Source: a virus
Lineage: Duplodnaviria > Caudoviricetes
IMG/VR virus record: IMGVR_UViG_3300025401_000648
Reading direction: 5' to 3' (one strand)
DNA: 64,000 nucleotides
In this document: piece after piece, positions 9,466-21,500 of the stretch
Layout of the letters: every line of letters begins with the position of its first letter
How positions within the stretch are numbered: the stretch's first letter is position 1
Translations under genes and position numbers: made by a program
The notes under the pieces: generated by a model
Database searches by the model: none
Told to the model about the DNA's origin: nothing
The model's input: the letters and a program-made list of their open reading frames with translations, nothing else

Positions 9466-12400
9466 TATTGTTCTAATCCTAATAGTGTTAATGTTACATT
9501 AACTGCTGACGAACTTCCAGAGTTATTTGTAACTGCCAGATAGACTGTACTATTTGTTATAGTATCATTATTAAATCCAACAACTCCTGGGGTAATTAAT
9601 TGTGTTAACGATCCAGAAGTTGTAATAACATCTGCTATCACTCCAGATCCTGCTGTAGGATCAGTACTTTGATTTCTAGAACTGTCATTGGATAAACTAG
9701 TTGCGTCAGTATAGATTCTAACCCATGCTGGCTGATCAGTTACAACTTTTGACAACACATAAGATTTGTATCCTAATACGATAGTTGTAGCAGTAGTTCC
9801 TGCCGCTAAAACGCTGGTTGCTGTTGTAACTGTTACTCTAGTACCTGCTCCTGCTGATCCAGAATAACCTACTGGTCCAACACTACCAGCATAGCCTATT
9901 GGACCACTGACTGTGCTTGCTGATCCAGTATAACCTGTTGCTCCAGCGCTGCCAGCGTAGCCTAAGCCACTTGATCCAGTATAACCTGTAGTCCCAATGC
10001 TTCCAGTGTATCCACCTGGGTCACCTTTGCTACCTGTAAATCCAATAGAAGCATAAGCACCCTGAGATCCAGAATAACCACGTGGTCCTTGTACCGTACT
10101 TGCTGATCCAGTATATCCACCAGCATCGCCTTTACTTCCAGCAAACCCCTGTGTACCAAAACTACCAGTAAATCCTGTTATACCTTGACTACCAGCATAA
10201 CCAACTGATCCCCAATAGCCAACGCTGCCAGCGTAACCTTGACTACCAGAATACCCCAATCCGCCAATTGATCCTGAATAGCCCTGTGGTCCAATACTTC
10301 CAGCATAGCCAGTACTGCCAGCATAGCCATTTTTGCCAACTACCCCGCTTAATATAAATTGCCAACTTGTAAATGTTCCAGATCCGTAGACTGAATAAAC
10401 TTGGGTAGTTACTGTTGTTCCAGTAATACTGGTAATGATACTTGAAATATAATTAGCAGGATTAACTACTCCGCCTGGAGAGGACAATAATACTATAGAT
10501 TGACTTGTGGTATACGCTGATAATGCAATGTTGGTAGCAGTAAAGCTGAATGTGGTTCCAGGAGAAACAAGAGCAATATTAGTTGCCGTACTTGTTGCTG
10601 TGGTAACAAGGAATCCTAATCCTATACTGCCAGTATATCCCACTGATCCAGAATATCCTTGGCTACCAGTAAAACCAGTAACGCCAAAGCTGCCAGTAAA
10701 ACCGGTAATGCCTTGGCTACCTGTGTAGCCAACACTTCCCCAATAACCAGCACTTCCCCAATAGCCAACGCTACCAGTGTAACCTTGACTACCAGTATAT
10801 CCACCTGGATTACCTTGAGCACCAACACTACCAGTATACCCGATTTGGCTTGCCGCACCAATTGACCCAGAGAATCCTCTACTACCCGTAAATCCATTAG
10901 GACCCTGTGGGCCACTTACGTTACTAGCAGAGCCAGTATAACCAACACTACCAGTATACCCTAAGCTACCGCTGTATCCCAATGGACCGCTTACGCTACT
11001 AGCGGATCCAGTATAACCTTGCGGACCTTGCGGACCAAAACTGCCTGTAAAGCCAGTTGATCCTGAATAGCCTGTTGGGCCAATTACATTACTAGCAGAT
11101 CCAGTATAACCTTGTGGGCCCACACTGCCAGTAAAACCAACTGATCCAGTATAGCCCAACGGTCCACTCACACTACTAGCAGACCCAGTAAAACCCTGTG
11201 GACCAATGCTACCTGTATAGCCCAAGCTACCAGCATATCCTTGACTACCAGCATATCCCTGTGGTCCTTGCGGGCCTACAGAACCAGTATATCCGCCAGC
11301 ATCACCTTTACTTCCACTAAACCCTTGGAAACCCTGTGGTCCAGATACAGTACTTGCTGATCCAGTATAGCCAATACTTCCGCTGTAGCCTAAACTACCT
11401 GTATAGCCCTGTGGTCCTTGAGCCCCAACCGAACCAGTATAACCTCCTGGTGGTCCTTGTGGGCCAGTTGGTCCAGGTACTTCACTGACACTACCTGTAA
11501 ATCCAGTTTTACCAATATTACCAACACTACCTGTGTATCCTCTAGGACCTTGCGGACCGCTTACATTACTGGCTGAACCAGTATAGCCGCCTGGAGGTCC
11601 TTGCGGGCCTGGAACAGAACTTGCTGATCCAGTAAAACCAATAGATCCAACACTGCCTGTATACCCTAAATTTCCAATACTACCACTGTAGCCAATACGA
11701 CCAACACTACCAGTATATCCGGAGGCACCTATACTGCCTGTATAACCACCCGGAGTTCCTGGAGCACCAGCACTGCCTGTATAGCCGCCTGGGTCACCTT
11801 TACTACCCGTGTAGCCAATTCCCACATTAGAAATGTTGATTACACCGTTCATGCTAGGCAAATTATTAGTTTGATATGCTAGAGTATCAGGAGCGTTCAT
11901 TGGCACACTAAATGTTACTGTACCAACCGTTGCTCCATTATTTGTTACTCCAGTAGTGTATGGGGCACTATTATTGTCAGTATAATGGTCAACTATGTAA
12001 AAACCATGACTTGGGCTATTAACAGTAAAATAATAAGTGAATCCACGGGCTAGATTAATAATGTTGGTATTAAGGCCATTGATTAAAAAACTGCCCAATC
12101 CACTATCTGTTATAGAAATATAAAGTCCTGCTAATTGCCCGGCACTACCAGTGTATCCTTTACTGCCAGTAAATCCAAAACTACCGTTATATCCAATAAC
12201 TCCTGCGCTACCAGCATATCCTGTACTGCCAGTATATCCCTTGCTACCAGCAAAACCATTTGATCCAGCACTACCAGCATACCCGGTGCTACCAAAATAA
12301 CCAATTGCCCCACTACTTCCAGTATATCCAACAGGACCTTGTGGTCCCACGCTTCCTGCAAATCCAACACTGGCACTGCCTGCGTACCCTTGAGATCCTG

Positions 12401-12527
12401 CGTAGCCAGTAAAACTATTTGGTAAATTACCAAAATTGAATCTCTTGGTAATTTGATTGTCAACTACTACAAAATAAGTTTCGTTTGTGGCAGTTGTCAA
12501 TAATGGTAATGTGGTAATTTGTGGCAT
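9465..12527 (-). CDS. Collagen-like fibre protein (G-[YFW]-[TASW]-G-S-X hexad repeats) with interspersed globular domains
   Basis: Long Gly-X-Y runs. Start placed at 12527 (MPQITT) because SD AAGGA precedes it and the upstream gene stops at 12529; the ORF track starts at 12542. Confidence 0.9.
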   Translation of the reverse strand: MPQITTLPLLTTATNETYFVVVDNQITKRFNFGNLPNSFTGYAGSQGYAGSASVGFAGSVGPQGPVGYTGSSGAIGYFGSTGYAGSAGSNGFAGSKGYTGSTGYAGSAGVIGYNGSFGFTGSKGYTGSAGQLAGLYISITDSGLGSFLINGLNTNIINLARGFTYYFTVNSPSHGFYIVDHYTDNNSAPYTTGVTNNGATVGTVTFSVPMNAPDTLAYQTNNLPSMNGVINISNVGIGYTGSKGDPGGYTGSAGAPGTPGGYTGSIGASGYTGSVGRIGYSGSIGNLGYTGSVGSIGFTGSASSVPGPQGPPGGYTGSASNVSGPQGPRGYTGSVGNIGKTGFTGSVSEVPGPTGPQGPPGGYTGSVGAQGPQGYTGSLGYSGSIGYTGSASTVSGPQGFQGFSGSKGDAGGYTGSVGPQGPQGYAGSQGYAGSLGYTGSIGPQGFTGSASSVSGPLGYTGSVGFTGSVGPQGYTGSASNVIGPTGYSGSTGFTGSFGPQGPQGYTGSASSVSGPLGYSGSLGYTGSVGYTGSASNVSGPQGPNGFTGSRGFSGSIGAASQIGYTGSVGAQGNPGGYTGSQGYTGSVGYWGSAGYWGSVGYTGSQGITGFTGSFGVTGFTGSQGYSGSVGYTGSIGLGFLVTTATSTATNIALVSPGTTFSFTATNIALSAYTTSQSIVLLSSPGGVVNPANYISSIITSITGTTVTTQVYSVYGSGTFTSWQFILSGVVGKNGYAGSTGYAGSIGPQGYSGSIGGLGYSGSQGYAGSVGYWGSVGYAGSQGITGFTGSFGTQGFAGSKGDAGGYTGSASTVQGPRGYSGSQGAYASIGFTGSKGDPGGYTGSIGTTGYTGSSGLGYAGSAGATGYTGSASTVSGPIGYAGSVGPVGYSGSAGAGTRVTVTTATSVLAAGTTATTIVLGYKSYVLSKVVTDQPAWVRIYTDATSLSNDSSRNQSTDPTAGSGVIADVITTSGSLTQLITPGVVGFNNDTITNSTVYLAVTNNSGSSSAVNVTLTLLGLEQ
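9845..12410 (-). repeat. Coding tandem 9/18-nt repeats of the collagen-like gene, in three blocks (~12410-12140, ~11820-10610, ~10345-9845; boundaries approximate)
   Basis: Recurrent ccagtataacc/ccagtatatcc-like units on + strand; GYTGS/GFTGS/GYAGS/GYSGS/GYWGS in protein. Confidence 0.9.
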
Positions 12528-12528
12528 T

Positions 12529-15500
12529 TTATAATCCTTCAATCGGGTTATTATTTTGATCTGTTAAGACAAATCCTGTTTCAGTTGTTATATCAGGATC
12601 TCCACCGCTGTAGTAGCTATTTGGCAATACAGCTGGTCGAGCTTGTATAAATTTAGCCTGTTCAGTAGTACTATCCAATAATGAAACGCCATTGTTCCAT
12701 AATGTGGTATCCGAGAATTCTTTCTTAATAATAACCAATTTAATGTTGTCCCCTACTCCTTGTAGTGTATTTAACGTAATTTGTTGACTGACTGGACTTA
12801 CAAAGGTCAAGGGCCAAGCTATGGTGGCTGCCTGAGCAAGTCCAAATCCCCATCCATTAAATAGACTGTTATGCCCTGCCGAAATAATGGGATACTTGGC
12901 GCCGTTAGCATCAATCAATGTCCATCCTGCAGCTATCTGCTGAGTGGAGGTGTTTTGAGACAACACCCACCCTGAACCATTAGGTGGTTGGGCACCAAGT
13001 ACATCTACTGCGATAGCCCCAACGGTTATCTGCGTAGCAGTGATACTGAACTCAGGCGGCAAATAGTTTAAACCAGTATAGACATACCCGTTTACAGCAT
13101 CGGCTGCTATTGAATTTGTATAAATCCAGACTTTGTTAGTAGATGTAACAATATATGCTGTGTTTATTACTGTAGTTGAAGGCAACAATGATTCTGTAGA
13201 AACAGATCCAGTAATTTTAAATGTTGGACTATCATATGATAAAGTTGTATCTTGATAATATGTACCAACTTTATTCAACTGATATCCGCCATAATAAACT
13301 TGTACTTGATCCATAGCTGGTATTCCTGAAGATAAAGTTATACCATCCCCAGTCGCCGTACTAGCAGTGGTCAAAATAGTATATGTGGCAGTTGTACTGG
13401 TTGTATATAATGTTTGTGTATAAATGCTTTCATTAAATGGTATTGTTTGACTTGGACTTTGATCAATAACTGTGGTATAAATGTCTGAATAAGTCTTAGG
13501 ACTTGTGCCCAATGTTGATCTACGCAACTGACTTAATACATTTCCAGTGATTGTAAAGAACTCAATGCGCTCACCAGCAATCATTACAACTCCTGGAATT
13601 TTCTTGGATGGTATAGCAGGAGTCAGCACACTAGTATCATTAACATGAATTTCAGTATCTGTTAAGTTTAACGGTTGAGTTAGGTATGTGGAATTTTTAG
13701 CAGATATACGTTTGAATGAAGTTCTATTGAATATATCATTAAAAATTCTGTAACCCAACACAGTGGATGCCAATGTGTGATTGGCAATATATGTTATCAC
13801 AATCGTATTAGCCACACCAATCAAATACTTGTCGCTGATTTGTATTGTAACTCCATCACTCAAAATTTGATAGTCTACATTATTAACTAGCGGCACTCCA
13901 TCTAACACCAACCACAAATAGTTTGTGTTTAAAGGAGGAGCAGTGATCTTAAATTGGTTGGATATTGTGCCCTTAAATCGTTCTGTTCTCAACAACATTC
14001 CATCTTGATCAGTGTATGTTATAACTCTAATAGTAGTTCCAAGTGTGGGACTTGACAATATTAAATTAGATCCTTCAATATTAAAATCGTATCCATCCCC
14101 CGGTTGTTGATACAAATCAACCACCGCAACCACATCACCGTCTGAAACACCACTATAGCTAATGGTTATTGTATTGACTAAATTGTCAACTATGAAATCA
14201 AATCCACCACTTAGTTTAATGCCGTTGACGTAGACTTCTACACTGTTATTGGCTATGGCATATACCCCAGTTGGTCTTGGTCTACTGTTATTAATTTTAA
14301 ATGTTAAATTACCGTTGGTCACTGTGTAATAACTTACATAAGGTCCTACCAATTGTCTTGAATTTTGTTGAACTATGACATTTGACACTGCTGGTCCAAT
14401 ATTTCCAGGAGCTGGATTTAACGCATAGGTATTTACGGCGCCATCTGTAATTGTAATGAATTGATCTGTTATTTCATTGAAATAGTTGTGAGCAGATGTA
14501 AAGAACCATGCCTGAATAGTATTTGTCCCTGGAGGTAAATTGTAAACGGTCACTGCCGCACGAGTATCAGCCCCGTCAACAACTGGCCCTAATACATAAC
14601 CATAACCTGTAGAAGTAGTTTGTAGGGACACTGATGATCCATTAACTGTGACAAATGCGCTGTTGATAGATCCAAATTCAAAATTACAATATACTTGAGC
14701 ATTAGATACATCTGTTACTGTAACAGAATTATATGCCACAACCCCAGCATCATTACCACTTCCGCCGCCTACACTGATAATTGTATATCCAATTATTGCA
14801 CTATAATTTACGTATACACTTAATTGACTGGTTGCCCAATCAATGCTAAATTGTCCAGGTGTTAAATTAGTAGATGTGGTATATGAGTATACTTGCTGGA
14901 ATCCGTCAGTGACCGTTATACTTGCTGTTGTAGTTGGTAAAATAGGCAAGGTAATTGTACCGGTAGTACCACCAACAATATTAAAATTTCCACTGACAAC
15001 TATTGGAGCACCTGACGGTGTTTTGGTATAAACATTAATCCCAAGACTATCACTCGACCCACCTGCTACCAATTCTTCCGGAGCATAGCTATCATCAGGA
15101 TTTAAAAAGCCACTACCAACTCTCGCAGTGCTGGTAGATCCGCCATCAATAATAATGTCACTTGGATTGACACCTAATGCGCCAGTTAGTATAGCCGCGT
15201 TTGTCCCAGTCCAAGTTCCGCCATCAATTGATGTATCAAGTAGGGCGGAATTAGAACCCACATTCCAAAATTCAATAACTGTTCCAGGTGGGATCGCCGA
15301 AGTTAATGTGCTACTAAATGTCACCACTGTGCCTGTGACTGCTGTCACTGTTACATCAGTTGAATAAAACACATTAGTAATTGTACTAATAATATTTGCG
15401 TATTGCCCAACTAATGTAGCCGATGCTGAGTACAATGAAATATTATTTGTTCCTGCAGTTGCTGTGGAGGTTGATGTAGTCTTGCTATAGTATTCAATGT

Positions 15501-18500
15501 CGTTGCCCCATGGTGTTGTACCAAAAGGCACATTGCTTTCATCCCATCCTGTTGTGGCATTAAACGCCAATGTTTGAAGTTGTGTTCTGGGATAGTCAAC
15601 ACCCAACATTAGTTGCCCTAGATCTAATCCAGGCATACCCGAAGTAGCTGTATAATAATTTAAAATTCTATCTGCAGCGGATTGGATACTGACGTCTTTA
15701 ACATAGGTAATTTTTAATAACTGCCCGATACCAGGAACAGCATTTAAAAATTTAATCTGACAATATTTTTTTGAATATCCATTGTATTCTTCTGTGAAGT
15801 ATTCAATAGTATAATCAGAGTATAACACACGTAGCCCATCCAATGTCATAATAATCAAAGATTTATTAGGTACAGCGAGCCACCTTAACACAAATGAAGT
15901 TGCAGATCCATTACATATGAATTGGTCAGTAGTAGTTGTATTTCCAATTTGTCCACTGGCTGAAATTCTATCAAATTTCATTGTAATGTCAAAATTACGT
16001 ATTGGATCTAGAGCAGATGTTGAATCTTCAAAATCTGAGGTATAAGTAGCAGTTGGTTCTACAACAGAATATTGTTCTGTAAAATTCCTAATTTGTGTAT
16101 GATAAGGTTTTACTTCTTCAATATAGTTTTCAAAGTTTGTGCTACTGGTTACCAAATATACTGAAGGCTGTGCCAGCACGCCTGCTTCATTAGTAATACT
16201 GATAAATGATGTTTTGAATGCCCAGTCTAATAATTTTTGTTCTGTGAACGCATACTTAACTGCCTTAAAGAAGAATAAATTCCAATTTACTCGTAATTCG
16301 TTGATAAAAATATTATCACGTAATGCCGTTAAAATATAATTCAACTCTAAATCAGGAGTTTGATCGTATAGTGTTTGATCATACGCACTGATTTCATCAT
16401 AGGCTAGGCTATTATTTTGTGTATTCCAAATATTGTCAGAAATTTGTATTGTGCCGTTCTGTGAATAAACAATGTTAAAGTGATTGCTGAATGTTCCTAC
16501 ATTACTATCAGTATACTCTAAAATAATATAGTTGCCTAATCCGTTATTTTTAACCTTAACATAATCACCGTTGTTTAAAACTAAAGAATCAATTTGATAG
16601 ACATAGTTTACAGTTGTGGTGTAGTCCTTGTGTTTATTAAAGTCGCTACTTGACCAGTCAGTATAATTCCAATATAATGTAGTATTATACGATTGAGTAC
16701 GAGCTCTTACCCACGTTTTATTTTCAATATCACGTACAAATATTGCCCATTTGCCATTGTAAGTACTATCCGATACCACTACTACTGAATAGGGTCGAAC
16801 TGTTAATATAGGTGTTGCTACATAGCCTTGACCTGCGTTAGATATTATAGCATTTATAACTCTACCATTTGAATCAATCTCTGTCTTGATCACTGCTCCA
16901 GTACCTATACCATCAACAGTCACTGTTGGCGCAGTTAGATATCCAAGACCAGGGTTAGTTATAGATACTGATCTTACTTTCCCATCATATACTGTACAGG
17001 TTAGTTCAGCGGTTACAAATAACGATGTGTCAATTGTATCAAGTTCATTAGTATCCTCGAGTGTATAATCGTATAGGTTAGAAGATACAGGCGGTATTTC
17101 TTCCTGAGCATTTAAATTAATAAAATTATAACTGCCTGTAATAATATTGTTAATTAAGATGTCATTAGCAAATTCAATTAAATTTCGTAAGGCGTTTAAT
17201 CTGTTGACAAACATTGTTTGTCTTGGTCTAATACCTATGCCATATCGTGTTCTAGAAGTTAATGCTGGATCGGGAACTAAATTGCCCACACTATCATGGC
17301 CTAATAAGCTATCAAATAATTTCTTTTCAAGTAGAGCATTAGGTAATGAAGTCTCATTACCTTCCTGTAGCAACAACCATTCTGTGTGTTTAGGAATAAT
17401 GTTATCGGTAGTATCAATAGAAATATTTAAATCAATATTACTCTTTATTAGTTCTCCACCAACATTAGCAACTATCACGGCATGTGGAGAAATTATGGAC
17501 GCATATTGTAAGCCATACCCTGTTGGGTCTTTTATAACTCGTGCCACATCATATGCGCTGACTCGTCTATTTGGAACATTAGGTACTATAACTGAATTTT
17601 TAACCCAATAATAATATCTGTAGTTATTAAACGTTTGTGTTACTGTGTCATAGGACTGTACTAGAGAATAAACGGTATTATCTGGATTTTTTGGCTGTCC
17701 ACTAACACCCAAAGTTAAACCAGCAGGAGTATCAGCCAACGCACTCCACTCAGTAGGTGATAGATTAGACCCGACCCACTCATAAACATCTATACTTGAA
17801 CCTGGAAATACTTGTCCCCAAGTATTTTTTCTAAATGTATCTTCGCCCTGTTCGTACCATTGGTATTTTACAGTACTCAAATCCCACCACAATTCGCCAA
17901 CATGATTGTCAGCCCAATTTGTCAATGTATTAATGGCATTGGCAGTAGTTCCAATAGAATAAGTAGCAGGATCTGAAATCATTTTGTACGTCAATTCTTG
18001 ATCTGCCATACCTGCGATACGACCTTTTAGCGGATCGATTACATCAAGGTAATTTACAATTTCTTCAGTTGATGTATTAATCAATCTTACTCGTTGAATA
18101 GTGTCAGTAGCAACAAGATCATTTTGACTTCTTAGCAATTTCCATCCATTGGTACTAGTATCAATCTTACTAAACAGATACACAGAACTTGCTATGGTTG
18201 AATTATCAATTGCTGGAGCACCAACTAGCGCAGTATCAGAATCAATAGTAACAGCCTTACCATAATTAGTACCGTCTGCTGTTGATACTGGTGAAAGTTC
18301 TTCAGAGAATACAAATCTACTTGCCAATCTAGTATAGATATATGCTGTGCCAGAATTATTAATTACATCATAAAATTTTGTAGAATCTGCGTCAAATGTA
18401 GTATTCCCGCCAAATTTTGATGTAGCATCAAAAGTTGTTGCCCCATGTACCCCCGATCCGACACTAGAAATTATCAACGAATTGTTTGTTGAATTGATAT

Positions 18501-21500
18501 CTATATCAGTACCAAAATGTACTCCAATAACTCCAGATGGATTTGTTAATACCTGCGACTCATAGAATGTGCCATTAATATTTTCAAAAACATACACACT
18601 ACCATAACTTCGATCAAAGTTTTCACAATAAGGAGCGCTAACAAACAAATAAGTTCCATCTGGTGATAATAGAACTTTTTGTCCAAATCCAGAACCAGCA
18701 GGCAAAGATACAGTAACCTCCTGATTAGCAACAGCGTAGCCATTAGAATTTGAAAAAATACTAACAAATGCTGGTGTATTGGTATTACCCAAAACACTGA
18801 CAGCTATCAACGATGCGTCATCTGTACCGCTAATACTATAGCCAAATTGGCTACCAACACTAAGAGGAGCCGCAAGTCGGTAGAAAAGAGTAGCAGACAC
18901 CGTACTACCACTGATGGATAAATTATAGAAATTCAGAGTTCCTGTACCTGTATTGACTGTGCCCGGAGCAGTCACAACCATTACTTTATTTGTTGTTGTA
19001 GAAGTTCTTTGTACATATATTCCTGAACCAAACAAATCGTAGTTTGAAGGGGAAGGATTATTAATGACCAGTTGCTGAACTTCTTCAAGACTTACAGAAT
19101 TTATACTGCTGATCTTTACTAGACCAGAATCAACAACACCATTAGTAGTCTGTGCGGTTGGAGCTCCAGCAAATACCAATCCATAGATTGATGATCCAAA
19201 AGCATTATCATCATAGACTACAGTTTGTCCAAAACCTGTGTCATTGTTTAATGAGTTGGCTGCGCCGCTTAACTCATTTAGGTAATAGTCTAATTTTCTA
19301 GTTAGTCCGCCATTATTATTTGTTGTATATACTGTGACACGCCCGTAATTTCCGCTTTGTACAAATCCAGGAGCGCCAACAACCACAACATTAGATCCCT
19401 TACGTTTACTGATGCTATAGCCCAATTGTTGATTATAAACATTACCAAGACTGTTTGCTGAAGACACTGAGTAGTTGTTTATTTTTTCATAAACACCCCA
19501 CTGCCCGTTGTTGGCATTGTCAATCCATACTTTGGTGCCTTCAGGTAATTTTAATAATTTTTTATCATTTGATAAATTATCAAATGTGTTAAATCTAAAA
19601 CTATCAAATTTAAATAAAAGCCCCACAGTGGTTGTAGAGGCAGAATTAGCAACATACGTAGCAGTCGATGCTATCAAGAATGAGGTTGGATTAGGCACCG
19701 CAGTTACCAAATATACACCATTCACAGTAGGATCAAATTCAGTAATGGAAACTAGTTCTCCTGAATTTAATCCATGATATCCATTGGTAGTAACTAATAC
19801 ATCAACCCCTGGAACATTGATTCCAACTGAAGCAATTTGACCATCTGATTCAGTATAACGTAATACGTCCCAATCATTATCCTGTTTGAATCCCAACCAA
19901 ACAATATCGCCTTCTTTGAATACACTAGTGCTACTAGAAACAACAGCGCTCAAAGTATCTAAATTTAAAGTTGTGTAGGATACATCATCAGCTCGCACAT
20001 ACCCAGCAGTGGTTAATTCAAAAGCATTATTAGTTAACGTTCCAGAATTTACCGCAAAGGTCATGGAACTTACATAATTTGGTGGAGTAATTTGCCAGTC
20101 AGTGGCAGTACTGTAGACTTTTAAGTCATATGCTGACACGGGTGGATTAGTTGCTGTGAACACAATCACTTGTGGATTGTCGATAAATGTTCCTTCAACC
20201 AAAGGCACTTCTAATTCATTATATGAAGAATATGATCCGTATTGTCCAACTCTAAATGCCCATTCTTCGTTATAGGTAAAATTACCTTGAAGATTTTGTA
20301 TACTGGCCTTGGCCAATTTAGCAATGGCATTGTACGTACCTTTCTCTTTAATGTATCCTTGATAAAATTTGTATTGAGCAATCGGATCAATGATAATATT
20401 TGTCAGATAAGGTCTAGGTGTATAACCAGTTAGATACTGAGCGGATTTTTGTTGACCAGAATCAAAATTATCTATATCTAAACTGTAGAAGTCTTGGAAC
20501 TGGCTAATTTTATAATCAAGATTAGGTAATAATCCTGCTGTAGGTTTTTTAGGTAGTACTTGCCATTTAGTAAAATCAAACTTTTGAGCACCGTCAATAT
20601 TGTTAATTGCCGAATAATAATTTCCAGAATAGTAAACAGCATCGCCCGCGTTATAATCTTTGTATTGTGTCCAGTCGCCTACCTTGGCAGTATCGTAAAC
20701 AAAGCCTGGACTGAAATAATCACCGTTCCAATTAGCAGTTCTAAAACCACTTAATTTCATACGCTGTTGATAAAATCCAGTTTCAATACTATATGCTGTA
20801 TTATCAAAAATTGTGGTATTGTTAAACACCATACCGTGTTCTTTTTGTACATTTCTAAATATAGCAAAATATATGCCATCATTAGAGTTTAGGGTAGTTA
20901 TTGTACAAACACCATCCTGTCGAGTAATGTTTATTCTATTTTTTGGTATCAATGTACCATTCGCAGACATCACATTGTAGGAATAAAAAGGATCAAAAAT
21001 ATCATCAACTACAGAATTAGCAGAAGTAAATTGTACTTTTTCAGCAAATGGGCTTAATGCTATTACACTATTATCTGCCCAATTTTGCGTCGACCAATAT
21101 AAAAATTCCTTTGCTGTAAAATTCCAATCAATATTAGTTCCAAAATCTGAACTGTATAAATCAAAAACAAATCTTTGATCAGTTAGCCATGCGCCGTAGC
21201 CAATAATAAAGTCGTAAACTTCTTGTATTGTATTGAACGTAGTACCATAAGAAATCTGTTTAATAGTTTTATTAAAGGTTGTAGCAATTTGAACAGTTGC
21301 GCCACCAGTCACTGGCAATGCTGAAATTTCTTGATATAATGATGGATTAAATGTACTTTCTGATTGATGTGATACAGTTACAATGTAAAAATTACTACCG
21401 TATTGTACATATTGACCTTTCTGATAAAACTTTCCAGTTGGAGAAGTATTAGCTGTAGTTGTTTGGTCAGCAGTAAGTCCTGTTTCACCGTAGCTAGTGG

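Noticed and set aside
9962-12463. Alternative-frame ORFs over the collagen gene (9962, 10507, 10622, 10659, 12131)
   Set aside because: Shadow ORFs produced by the stop-poor periodic repeat.
13843-13853. Exact 11-nt match (tattgtaactc) to the ncRNA linker 39856-66, which would be antisense to the 4296-aa gene mRNA
   Set aside because: A rough expectation is about 0.1 chance hits per such 11-mer in this window, and the match does not extend. Revisit only if the linkers prove to be guides.
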